Source: an uncultured Acidobacteriota bacterium
GTDB taxonomy: Bacteria; Acidobacteriota; Thermoanaerobaculia; Multivoradales; UBA5704
Assembly (NCBI GenBank): GCA_963770895.1
Contig: CAVYRF010000001.1
Coordinates: 704,481-768,480, forward strand
Direction of reading: 5' to 3'
DNA length: 64,000 bases
A program made the translations under genes and the position numbers. The stretch's first letter is position 1, and the number at the start of each line of letters is the position of its first letter. Of this stretch, positions 54,917-64,000 are shown piece after piece. The notes beneath the pieces are model-generated. The model was given only the letters and a program-made list of their open reading frames with translations. It ran no database searches and was not told the origin of the DNA.

Positions 54917-55953
54917 CTTGAGGTCTCCCGGCCGCCTGGGCCGCCTGAATGATTGGGCTGCTGAGCCATCCCCACCCGCACCGGCCGCGCCGGCACGCCC
55001 GCCACCGTGACGCCGGCGGCCACGTCGTCCACCACCACGGCGCCGGCGGCGACCGTCGCATCGTCGCCGACGTGGACGCCGCCCAACACCAGCGCGCCGG
55101 CGCCGATGGTGACCCGGTCGCCGACCCGCGGGTAGTCCAGCTCGTCGAAACGGGCTTCCCCCAGCGTGACGCCGTGCAGCAGCGTGCAATCCTGTCCGAT
55201 CACCGTGTAGCCGCCGATCACCAGGCCGACGCCATGGGCGATGATGCAGCCGCCGCCGATCTGGGCGCGCGGCAGGATGTCGACGCCGCAGGCGCCGATC
55301 GCCCAGCGGCGGCAGGCCGCGGGCAGCGCCGGCACCCGCCACCGCAGCAGTGTATGCGCCATCCGGTAGGCCAGCAGCGCCTGAAACCCGGAATCGAACA
55401 CCAGGGCATCCAGCAAGGCCACCAGGAAGCTACGCCCCTTGACTTGGCGCAGCCGATGAAAATCTCGTGCCAGCGGCTGCCAGAACCGGGCCGCCGCCAG
55501 CCGGGGCGGTGGTGTCGTCGTGCCTCGCCGCACTCCCGTTGGGCGGTTGTCGGCCGCGGCTGGATCGCTCCCCGTCGGTGCGGGCTCGACCGCCGCGGGT
55601 GCGGGTTCGACCGCCGTGGGTGTGGGCTCGACCGCCGTGGGTGCGGGTTCGACCGCCGCGGGTGCGGGCTCGACCGCCGCGGGTGTGGGCTCGACCGCCG
55701 GGGGTGCGGGTTCGACCGCCGTGGGTGCGGGTTCGACCGCCGCGGGTGTGGGCTCGACCGCCGGGGGTGGGGAAGGCCGCGGTGCGGCGCCGGACGGCGT
55801 CGTGTCGAGCGCCTCCGGCCGGCGCGCCGGTTCGGCGCCGGCAGGCGCCGCCCCTGGACCGGATCGCCCGGCTTCCGTGGGTGCCTCAGGTGGGTTGTCC
55901 CGCGCTGACGGCTGACCGGCCGGCCCGGTGGCGTTTGGGTCGGCGGCGCTCAT
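54913..55953 (-). CDS. Hexapeptide-repeat acyltransferase (serine O-acetyltransferase/CysE-like) with N-terminal proline-rich heptad repeats
   Basis: The internal Met MSAADPNATG is preceded by a GGAG SD. Nine or more copies of (A/T)AVEP(A/T)P are encoded by 21-bp tandem repeats. The C-terminal left-handed beta-helix region reads LAYRMAHTLLRW...GACGVDILPRAQIGGGCIIAHGVGLVIGGYTVIGQDCTLLHGVTLG. Confidence 0.7.
   Translation of the reverse strand: MSAADPNATGPAGQPSARDNPPEAPTEAGRSGPGAAPAGAEPARRPEALDTTPSGAAPRPSPPPAVEPTPAAVEPAPTAVEPAPPAVEPTPAAVEPAPAAVEPAPTAVEPTPTAVEPAPAAVEPAPTGSDPAAADNRPTGVRRGTTTPPPRLAAARFWQPLARDFHRLRQVKGRSFLVALLDALVFDSGFQALLAYRMAHTLLRWRVPALPAACRRWAIGACGVDILPRAQIGGGCIIAHGVGLVIGGYTVIGQDCTLLHGVTLGEARFDELDYPRVGDRVTIGAGALVLGGVHVGDDATVAAGAVVVDDVAAGVTVAGVPARPVRVGMAQQPNHSGGPGGRETSR
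55575..55780. repeat. Coding 21-bp tandem repeats (ggtgcgggttcgaccgccgcg-like, about 9 copies) encoding PAAVEPA/T heptads
   Basis: Visible on the + strand as ggtgcgggctcgaccgccgcgggtgcgggttcgaccgccgtgggtgtgggctcgaccgccgtg.... Confidence 0.8.
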
Positions 55954-56831
55954 CGGGGATCTCCGGCGGCTGGCCGATGGCGGCCGGGGGCGGGCCGCGC
56001 GCGGCGGCGCAGGGCGCGCAGCAGGCCCAGGCGGGGCAGGCGGCTCCACCAGGGGTAGGCGCCGCTCGCCTTGAGCAGCAGCTCGAAGCGGCTGTCGCCG
56101 GGGTTGACGGCGAAGCGGGGTACTGCAAATGGATCGCCGGCGCGGCTGGATGCGCCGGCGTGGGCAGTGGCGGCGGTGGCGGCGGTGGCGACAATACCGT
56201 GGATGGCGGCGGCGGCCAGGTAGCCGGCGGCGGCCACGGCGGCGCGGGTGCGGGAGTTGTAGGCGCCGTAGGGGTAGCAGAAGGTGGCGACCGGTTGGCC
56301 GACCGCCGCCGCCAGGTCCTCGCGCGAACCGGCGATCTCGGCGGCCAGGCCGGCTTCGTCGCAGGTGGTCAGGTCGCGATGGTGCCGGCTGTGCGAGCCG
56401 ATCTCGATGCCGGCCGCGGCCAGCCGGCGCAGCGCCGCCGCGTCCAGCAGCTCTTCGCGGCGCTCGGCCGGTCCCCGCGGCGGCCGGTCCCAGGCGTTGG
56501 TGCCGCCCAGCTCGCCGCTGACCGCGAACAACGTTGCAGTCATGCCGCGTGCGGCCAGCGCCGGCGCCGCGTGGTCGCGGAAGCAGCGGCAGCCGTCGTC
56601 GAAGGTGAGCACCACCGGCCGCCGCGGCAGCGGCCGCCCGTCGCGCTGCCGCGCCATGGCGTCCGCCAGCGTCAGCGTCGTGCAGCCGCGCGCGGCCAGG
56701 GCGTCCAGCGCCGCGTCGAACTGCCCCTGCGCCAGGTAGCTGTCGGGGTGCATCGGCGGCGGTTCCAGCTCGCCCGCCGGCACCGCCTCGACATGGTGAA
56801 ACATCAGCACCGGCAGCACCCGACGGATCAT
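55950..56831 (-). CDS. Polysaccharide deacetylase (NodB/CE4 family)
   Basis: 293 aa from an internal Met MIRRVLPVLMFHHV. The NodB motifs are VVLTFDDGCRCF and LFAVSGELGG. The ATG overlaps the upstream stop (ATGA). Confidence 0.75.
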   Translation of the reverse strand: MIRRVLPVLMFHHVEAVPAGELEPPPMHPDSYLAQGQFDAALDALAARGCTTLTLADAMARQRDGRPLPRRPVVLTFDDGCRCFRDHAAPALAARGMTATLFAVSGELGGTNAWDRPPRGPAERREELLDAAALRRLAAAGIEIGSHSRHHRDLTTCDEAGLAAEIAGSREDLAAAVGQPVATFCYPYGAYNSRTRAAVAAAGYLAAAAIHGIVATAATAATAHAGASSRAGDPFAVPRFAVNPGDSRFELLLKASGAYPWWSRLPRLGLLRALRRRARPAPGRHRPAAGDPR

Positions 56832-58363
56832 GACGTGGGCCGCCGCGCCGGAGACGCCGCCGGCTGCGCCGGCTCCGGCATCGCTGGCGCGACAGCGGCC
56901 GTGGCGGCCTTGGTGGTCGTGGCGCGATCCAGGAGGGTCCCGCCCGGCTCGTCGCCGGCGCGGTCCGGCGGTGTTCCGGCGGCGCCTGCGCCGGCGGCCG
57001 GCGACGGCGGCGTCACGGCAGGCAGCGGCGACGGCGGCGTCACGGTCGGCGGCGGCTGCGGCGTCACGGTCGGCGGCGGCTGCGGCGTCACGGTCGGCGG
57101 CGGCGGCGGCGTGGCAAGCCCCGGCGCCTGGGGCCGCGAAGCCAGGGAGGTCAGCAACTGGGCGTAGGCTTGCACCATGGCTTCGATCGGAAAGGATGCG
57201 GCCCGCTGCCTGGGTAGCTCGCCCCAGTCGCGCGCCAGCGCGCTGCCCAGGGCCTGCGCATAGGCGTCGGGATCGGCGACGTCGCAGAACACCCCGGCGG
57301 CGCCGATCACTTCGTGCCGCACCGCGTCGTCCGGCGCGACCACCGGCAGGCCGCAGGCCAGCGCTTCCAGGTAGACCAGGCCGAACGACTCCGTGCGCGA
57401 CGGTAGCGTAAAGCAATCGGCAGCCCCATACCAGGCGGGCATCTCGCCGCGCGGCACCACCCGCCGCAGGTAGCGGCCGGCGCCCAGGCGCTCACCCGCC
57501 AGCCGATCGAGCGCCGCGGCCTCGGGTCCGTCGCCCAGCACCACCAAGCTGCCACCGCCGGCACTACCGCCGCCGGCCTTACCGCCCCCGCCGCTCCCGC
57601 CGCCGCTACTACCGCCGCCGGCCAATCGCGCCACCGCCTCGACCGCCAGGTGCATCCGCTTGTGTGCATCGACCGCCCCCACCGCCAGCACGCGCGGATG
57701 CGGCAGCGCATCCAGCTCCGCTGGGGGAGCCCCGGCCGGCGCCGGCGGCGCCGCCGCGGCGTCGTGCGCCGGGCCATCCATCGGCGGCCGGTGGGCCGGA
57801 GGGCGGAAGAGCGCCAGGTCCACGCCGTGCGGGATCACCACGACGTGGGCGCCGGGGGCGCGCTGGCGCAGCATCGCGGCGGCGGCGGCGGTGAAGGTGA
57901 CGACGCGATCGGGGCGCTGGCGCGCAAAGGCGCCTTCCCACTTGGGGTCCAGGCCGTGCGCGATGTCCACGAACGGCACGCCGCGCACGCGCCGCAGCAG
58001 GCGGCACAGCCAGGCGCCCACCAGGCCGCCCTCCATCACCACGACGTCGAAGCCGCCGCGCCACAGGTGGGGCAGGGCCGCCAGGGCGGCGCTGTACCAT
58101 TCCAGGCTCAGCGGATCCAGAAACAGGGTGTCCAGCGCCTTCTTCCCCAGGCGCGTGGCGCGGTAGGCGGCCACCACCCAGCGCTGGTCGCGCGGCAGGG
58201 CGCGGATGCGGCTGTGCGGCACCGTCGCCGGCGCCGGGCCGCGGCTGAACAGCCGCACCTCCCAGCCGGGCAGCGCCGCCAGCCGCTCGCACAGCTCGAC
58301 CACGAACGCCTCGGCGCCGCGCCGCTCGATCCCGACGCCGGGCATGACAAAGCCAACCCGCAT
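56828..58363 (-). CDS. GT4-family glycosyltransferase with C-terminal Pro/Thr-rich repeat tail
   Basis: 511 aa. The motif is LPSRTESFGLVYLEALACGLPVVAPDD (E-x7-E). An internal GGS-rich loop is present. The C-terminal tail reads PTVTPQPPPTVTPQPPPTVTPPSP (about 24-bp repeats at 57033-57110). Confidence 0.8.
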   Translation of the reverse strand: MRVGFVMPGVGIERRGAEAFVVELCERLAALPGWEVRLFSRGPAPATVPHSRIRALPRDQRWVVAAYRATRLGKKALDTLFLDPLSLEWYSAALAALPHLWRGGFDVVVMEGGLVGAWLCRLLRRVRGVPFVDIAHGLDPKWEGAFARQRPDRVVTFTAAAAAMLRQRAPGAHVVVIPHGVDLALFRPPAHRPPMDGPAHDAAAAPPAPAGAPPAELDALPHPRVLAVGAVDAHKRMHLAVEAVARLAGGGSSGGGSGGGGKAGGGSAGGGSLVVLGDGPEAAALDRLAGERLGAGRYLRRVVPRGEMPAWYGAADCFTLPSRTESFGLVYLEALACGLPVVAPDDAVRHEVIGAAGVFCDVADPDAYAQALGSALARDWGELPRQRAASFPIEAMVQAYAQLLTSLASRPQAPGLATPPPPPTVTPQPPPTVTPQPPPTVTPPSPLPAVTPPSPAAGAGAAGTPPDRAGDEPGGTLLDRATTTKAATAAVAPAMPEPAQPAASPARRPTS

Positions 58364-58536
58364 CAGGTCTCCGGCCCCTCTCCCGCCCCCGCTCCAGCTC
58401 CCGGCCCCGCCCCCGGCGGCGCCCAGCGGCCCTGGGACCGGCGGTTCGCAAAGCTGCGGCGGCGGTGCGGCCAGCGCCGCCGCGCCAGGGAGCGCACCAA
58501 GCCGGGGGAAGGACGGGATGTCTCCATCACGTCACC

Positions 58537-60144
58537 TCAACGGTCCGTCAGCGGCAGCGCCGCGTCGCCGGGCAGCGCCGCCTGCTCGCCCGCCAGGGCG
58601 GCCGCCCACGCCGCCGGCGGCGGCTCGGGAGCGGCGGCGAAGAAGCCGCGGAAGGGCCTGCCGAAACGCAGCAGGTAGAGGCCGCAGGCCGCGACTGCGG
58701 CGGGCACCGAGGCCGCCAGGCGCCCCCAGCTGGCGGCGGGCTGCCACCAGGCGACCAGGGCGAACAGCGGCAGCGGCGCCAGGTAGACGTAGGCCAGGTC
58801 GAGCGCCAGGCGGCCGAACTCGGCGCCGCCGCAGATGCGGTAGATGCGCCAGCCCATCAGCAGGCCGCCCAGCAGCAGGTAGTTCGCCCAGGCCATGCCG
58901 ATGGTGCCGAGGTGGGTGGTGAGCAGGACCCCGAAGGCGGCCAGCGACACCATGTTCAGCGCCACGACGGCGAACCAGTCGCGATCGTGGCCCTCGGTTT
59001 TGAGCAGCTCGCCGCCGAGCGGCGAAAAGGGATCGGCGAGCGGCGCAAAGCAGAGCACCTGCACCAGCGGCACCGCCTTGACCCACTGCGGGCCGATCAG
59101 GATGCGCACCAGGACGATCTGGGCGTTGAACGACAGGAAGTAGGCGCCCAGGGTCTGCAGGCCCAGGAGAGTCACCGTCCCCATCCGGTAGGCGCCCAGG
59201 TAGCGCGCGCGGTCGCCGCGCCGGCGGTAGTCGATGAGCGCCGGATAGAGCACCCGCGCCACCGCCGGCAGCACCAGTTCCTGCAGGCGGAAGCCCCATT
59301 CGCGCGCCTTGCTGTATTGCGCCGCCCAAAAGGCGCCGGCTGCCACTCCCAGGCCGGAGCCGACGATGAGGTTGCTGACCTGCGGCACCGGCAGCGCCGC
59401 CAGGGCGATCAGAAACAGAAACGAGCTGCCGGCGATCATGCGCGGCAGCAGGCGCAGGTCGGCCGCCGTCAGGGCGAGCGGTACCCGCCCCCAGGCGCGG
59501 CGCCACAGCAACACGGCGAACAGCGCGGCGCCGGCGAGCTGACCGGCGACCAGGCTCCAGACGCCTGCCCCGGCCGCGGCCATGGCGATCGAAACCGCCG
59601 CCACCGCCGCGCCGCGCGCGATCTCGGGCGCCACCAGCCGGCCGACTGCCAGCTCGCATTCGAAGTAGACGCGCGGCACGACCGCCAGCCCGTCGAGCAG
59701 CACCCACCAGGCATAGACGCCGAGCACCGCCGGCAGCTCCCGGCTGAGCCCGGCGCTCCACGGCGCCGCCAGCGCCAGACCGGCGGAGAGCACGACGCCC
59801 GCCCCCACCTCCCAGGCCAGGACCGCGCCGTACGGCCGGCGCGGGTGCCGCACCAGCTCGTAGGGGAGCCCCAGGTCGCGCACGATGCCGACGATCACCG
59901 TGAACGCCAGCGCCAGCGCGTAGACGCCGAAGGCGTCGGGCAGGATGATGCGGGCCAGGGCCAGGTCGCTGGCGGCACGGATCAGCACCCGCGCCAGCTG
60001 GCTGCCGTAGGCCGCCAGGGTGGACTGCAGGAATCGCCGCTCGCTGTCCCGCATGTGGCGGCTCATTGTGTCACCACCGGCCGCGCGCTTGGCACCCAGC
60101 GCCGCCGCCCGGCGCCGCCAGCGGTGGCGATCCGCCGTCGCCAC
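58537..60144 (-). CDS. Polysaccharide biosynthesis protein / Wzx-like flippase (MOP superfamily)
   Basis: 535 aa with about 12-14 hydrophobic helices and typical Wzx-like composition. The likely true start is the internal MSRHMRDSERRFLQ, about 26 codons in. Confidence 0.7.
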   Translation of the reverse strand: MATADRHRWRRRAAALGAKRAAGGDTMSRHMRDSERRFLQSTLAAYGSQLARVLIRAASDLALARIILPDAFGVYALALAFTVIVGIVRDLGLPYELVRHPRRPYGAVLAWEVGAGVVLSAGLALAAPWSAGLSRELPAVLGVYAWWVLLDGLAVVPRVYFECELAVGRLVAPEIARGAAVAAVSIAMAAAGAGVWSLVAGQLAGAALFAVLLWRRAWGRVPLALTAADLRLLPRMIAGSSFLFLIALAALPVPQVSNLIVGSGLGVAAGAFWAAQYSKAREWGFRLQELVLPAVARVLYPALIDYRRRGDRARYLGAYRMGTVTLLGLQTLGAYFLSFNAQIVLVRILIGPQWVKAVPLVQVLCFAPLADPFSPLGGELLKTEGHDRDWFAVVALNMVSLAAFGVLLTTHLGTIGMAWANYLLLGGLLMGWRIYRICGGAEFGRLALDLAYVYLAPLPLFALVAWWQPAASWGRLAASVPAAVAACGLYLLRFGRPFRGFFAAAPEPPPAAWAAALAGEQAALPGDAALPLTDR

Positions 60145-60172
60145 CCTCGCCGCCGGCGCGCGGCGCGCTGGT

Positions 60173-61063
60173 TCACGGCTCCGGCCAGCTGGCCAGGATG
60201 GCGCGGTACCAGGCCAGCCGGAAGGCGGCGACCGCCGGCAGCGACCGCCAGCAGGGGAGCAGCATCGGGTGGCGAAGAAAGATCGACGCGGCGCCGATCC
60301 ACGCCTTGAGCGGCGCCGCCAGGCGCAGGCGGCGGCGGGTCGCCCAGGTGGCGCCGGTGGCGAAGGCGCCGGGGTGGCGGGCCAGGAACTCCCGGAAGTG
60401 CCGGCCGTACCAGGCGGCGTGCCCTTCGAGATCGCGGCGGCTGGCGCGCACGGCGGCGTGCTCGACGACGGCGCCGGGCACGAAGGCGGTGGCCAGGCCG
60501 GCGGCGCGGGCGCGCAGCACCCAATCGTGGTCTTCGCTGGTCGGCAGCGCTTCGTCGAACGGCCCGACGCGCTCCCAGGCGTCGCGGCGGACCGCCAGGT
60601 TGAGGCTGCCCAGCGGGCGCCGCGTGTCGGCCTCCGCCGGGCGGTCGGGCAGCAGCGGGTGAAACGAGGCGATGTTGTCGGCCAGCGCCCAGCGCGCGGC
60701 GCCGCGGCGGGCGTCGCGTCCGCGGGCGAAGGTGACGGCGCCGCCGGCGATCGGCGCGCCGGCCAGCGCCGCCGCCAGCTCGCTCACCCAGCCGGCGGCG
60801 GGGCGGCAGTCCGCGTCGGTGAACAGCAGCAGGTCGCCGCGCGCCGCCACGACGCCGCGGTTGCGCGCCGCCGCCGGGTTGAGCCGCTCCGGCGTTTCGA
60901 CGAAGCGCACCGCCCCGTCGCGCGGCACCGCCCCCGGCGCGTCGCGCCCCACCACCACCACCTCCACCCCCTGGCCCGGCGCCCCCTGCGCGGCGAGCGC
61001 CGCGAGGGTCGCGCCGACCAGCGGCGAATCCAGGTTGGGCACCACGACGCTGATCAGGGGCAT
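60173..61063 (-). CDS. GT2-family glycosyltransferase
   Basis: The N-terminus is MPLISVVVPNLDSP...LLFTDADC (DxD). 296 aa. Confidence 0.8.
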   Translation of the reverse strand: MPLISVVVPNLDSPLVGATLAALAAQGAPGQGVEVVVVGRDAPGAVPRDGAVRFVETPERLNPAAARNRGVVAARGDLLLFTDADCRPAAGWVSELAAALAGAPIAGGAVTFARGRDARRGAARWALADNIASFHPLLPDRPAEADTRRPLGSLNLAVRRDAWERVGPFDEALPTSEDHDWVLRARAAGLATAFVPGAVVEHAAVRASRRDLEGHAAWYGRHFREFLARHPGAFATGATWATRRRLRLAAPLKAWIGAASIFLRHPMLLPCWRSLPAVAAFRLAWYRAILASWPEP

Positions 61064-61190
61064 GTCCGGTTCGAGTCGATAGCGCCTGGCGGGTGGGGCG
61101 CGATCCGCGAGCGATGGGTCCAGGGCCGGCCGCCTGCGCTGACCGGTGCCGGACCAGGCGGCCGCCGCGGTGGACCGCGGCGGCGGCGCG

Positions 61191-62294
<1,104 letters not shown>

Positions 62295-62545
62295 CGGCTC
62301 CCTTTCTGAAGCACGCTCGCCGGCGCGCCCCGGCTGCTGCTGGCCGCGCCGCGGCTGAATGGTAAAGGACCTGGACCTGGACGCGGAGCCCGCACCGACG
62401 AGAACCCGGCAGCCCGCCGGGCTGGGTCGGGAGGGATCGATGCCGGGCACTGCAGACCGCCACCTGATGCCCCTCCCTGGAAGGGCGAACTGCGGCGAAG
62501 TGTAGCCCAGCCGGTCAGGCGCGGCAACGCCGGGGGACTATGCGC

Positions 62546-63646
62546 TCAGGACGTGGGAGCGGCCACGGCCGGGGGAGCGGCGCCGGCGCCGCCGCCCAGC
62601 TCGGCCAGCAGCATCGCGGCCAGGATGAGGGCGCCGCCGAAGGTCAGCGCGGGCGTCCACGACTCGCGGCCGACGGCGACCGAAAAGACGGCGGCGACGA
62701 CCGGCTCGGCGGCCAGCAGCAGCACCGTGTCGGTCGCGGGCAGGTGGCGCTGGGCGTACAGCTGGCACAGGTAGGCCAGCACCGTGCCGGCGAGCGCCGT
62801 CAAGCCGATGGCGAACAGGGCGAAGGGCGTCGCCTCGCCGGCGCGCGGCGGCGCCAGCAGCAGCGACGGCGCGGCGAGCAGCGCGACCACCGCGAACTGC
62901 GCCACCGCCAGGGCGGTCAGCGACATGGCGCCGCGGCGCAGCACGCGCTCGATGCCGACGATGTGCAGCGAAAACGCCAGGGTGCCGGCCAGGGTCAGGG
63001 CGTCGCCGCGCCCGAAGGTCCAGTCGCCGTGCAGCCCCGCCGGCCGGTACAGCAGGTAGAGGCCGGCGGCGGCGCACAGCACCCCGGCGGCCGGTCCGGC
63101 CCGCCGGCGCGGCGCGGCGCCGACAGCGGCCGCCAGGCCGGCGCCGCGTCCCATCCGCAGGGAGAGCCAGGCGAGCGGCGGCACCAGGACGACGGCAAGG
63201 CCGGTCAAAAAAGCCGAACGCGACGGAGTGGTCCACAGCAGGCCGCTCGTCTGCAGCGCGAAGCCGGCGAACAGCAGCAAACCCAGGATGGCGCCCTGGG
63301 TCAGCAGCTCCTTGGCCGGACCAGCGCCGCCCGCCCTGGGGCCGGGTTCCAGGGCGCCGCCGGCACGGCGGGCGAGCGCCACCGGCAGCAGCAGCAGGGT
63401 CGCCAGGCTGAAGCGGTACGCCAGGAAGTGAAAGATCTGCACGTCGGCCAGGGCGCGCTGCACGACGGTGAACGAGGTGCCCCAGATCACCGTCGCGCCG
63501 AACAGGGCCAACCGCGCCAGCAGCCGCGCGTGCGCCGCCGGCGCCGCCGTGCGCGCCCCGCCCGTGGCGCCGGCCGCGGGCGCCGCGCCGCCCAGGTCCC
63601 CCGCCCCCGCTCCTGCCTCCGCCCCCTCCCCCTCCCCCTCTGACAT
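62546..63646 (-). CDS. DMT-superfamily (EamA-like) transporter
   Basis: About 10 TM helices with two EamA-like halves. It has a low-complexity Gly/Ala-rich N-terminus. The true start may be internal. Confidence 0.7.
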   Translation of the reverse strand: MSEGEGEGAEAGAGAGDLGGAAPAAGATGGARTAAPAAHARLLARLALFGATVIWGTSFTVVQRALADVQIFHFLAYRFSLATLLLLPVALARRAGGALEPGPRAGGAGPAKELLTQGAILGLLLFAGFALQTSGLLWTTPSRSAFLTGLAVVLVPPLAWLSLRMGRGAGLAAAVGAAPRRRAGPAAGVLCAAAGLYLLYRPAGLHGDWTFGRGDALTLAGTLAFSLHIVGIERVLRRGAMSLTALAVAQFAVVALLAAPSLLLAPPRAGEATPFALFAIGLTALAGTVLAYLCQLYAQRHLPATDTVLLLAAEPVVAAVFSVAVGRESWTPALTFGGALILAAMLLAELGGGAGAAPPAVAAPTS

Positions 63647-63655
63647 CGCGACGGC

Positions 63656-64000
63656 TCAGAGCTTGCCCAGGGCGGCCAGGACCTCGGCGTCGTGGCCGTC
63701 CACGTTGACGCGCTTCCAGACCTTGCTCACCCGGCCCTGGCGATCGATGAGGAAGGTCGAGCGCTGGATGCCCATCGACTTCTTGCCGTACATGTTCTTT
63801 TCGCGCCAGGCGCCGTAGGCGTCCGCGACGTGATGGTCGGGGTCCGCCAGCAGCGGGAAGTTGAGGCTGAACTTGTCGCGGAACTTGCCGTGGCTCGCGG
63901 TGTCGTCCGGCGAGACGCCCAACACGACGGCGCCGTGCGCCGCCAGGTCCGATTTGCGGTCGCGGAAGGCGCACGCCTCGCGGGTGCACCCCGGCGTGTC
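63656..64000 (-). CDS. bcp: Peroxiredoxin Bcp (AhpC/TSA family), partial (N-terminus beyond window end)
   Basis: The C-terminal portion reads VLGVSPDDTASHGKFRDKFSLNFPLLADPDHHVADAYGAW.... Hand-translation of the window end gives DTPGCTREACAFRD, the Bcp peroxidatic Cys motif. Confidence 0.8.
   Translation of the reverse strand, partial: DTPGCTREACAFRDRKSDLAAHGAVVLGVSPDDTASHGKFRDKFSLNFPLLADPDHHVADAYGAWREKNMYGKKSMGIQRSTFLIDRQGRVSKVWKRVNVDGHDAEVLAALGKL

Overview
This is a very high-GC (about 70%, GC3 near 90%) bacterial chromosomal segment. The codon bias and protein families suggest Myxococcota or a similar high-GC lineage, but I cannot confirm taxonomy from sequence alone. It is gene-dense, and I found no rRNA, tRNA, CRISPR array, transposase or integrase. 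Many six-frame ORFs in the track are antisense or shadow artefacts of the GC bias. I called genes only where the translation showed recognisable family motifs or normal amino-acid composition. The genes, in order along the + strand, are as follows.

- **1–3.7 kb:** a partial secreted protein running off the 5' edge, then a minus-strand kai clock module (kaiC, then kaiB with an ATGA overlap, then a PAS-GAF-HisKA-HATPase-REC hybrid kinase).
- **5.9–7.8 kb:** a GT9 heptosyltransferase-like gene directly upstream of kaiC.
- **7.9–13.4 kb:** a P-loop kinase-like gene, two tandem PhyH-family dioxygenases, a beta-propeller-like hypothetical, and an FkbM-methyltransferase/glycosyltransferase fusion.
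- **13.4–18.8 kb:** a copper/thiol-redox cluster with two SCO1/SenC genes, a cytochrome-c/periplasmic-binding-domain fusion, a methyltransferase and a TlpA-like thioredoxin.
- **18.9–19.1 kb:** an AT-rich islet with a 42-aa two-Cys peptide ORF.
- **19.2–21.9 kb:** a PEP-mutase/isocitrate-lyase-family gene, an odd G/T-skewed repeat region, and a secreted hypothetical.
- **22.1–34.4 kb:** a 4114-aa trimodular NRPS with domain order carrier-C-A-T-C-A-T-C-A-T-TE.
- **34.5–38.3 kb:** a ribbon-helix-helix protein, UspA, mntH, a VOC/glyoxalase gene and a divergent DtxR/MntR regulator.
- **38.5–53.4 kb:** a striking island of tailoring-type enzymes.
  - The + strand carries five translationally coupled genes: HemK-like methyltransferase, B12-radical-SAM, HprK-like Ser kinase with internal tandem repeats, pfam14907-like nucleotidyltransferase, and GT4.
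  - Next comes a 101-aa Gly/Ser/Thr-rich small protein and a sulfotransferase-like hypothetical.
  - The − strand carries five coupled genes: B12-rSAM, B12-rSAM, methyltransferase, rSAM-SPASM, B12-rSAM.
- **53.6–61.1 kb:** a second coupled polysaccharide-type operon (GT4, CE4 deacetylase, hexapeptide acyltransferase, BNR-repeat secreted protein), a Wzx-like flippase and a GT2.
- **61.2–64.0 kb:** leucine dehydrogenase, an EamA/DMT transporter and a partial Bcp peroxiredoxin running off the 3' edge.

The most interesting candidate for an undescribed system is the convergent enzyme island at 38.5–53.4 kb. It holds four B12-rSAMs, one rSAM-SPASM, two methyltransferases, the HprK-like kinase, the nucleotidyltransferase and GT4. 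They flank a small low-complexity Ser/Thr/Gly-rich ORF, which I propose as a candidate post-translational modification substrate. This is an inference, not shown here.
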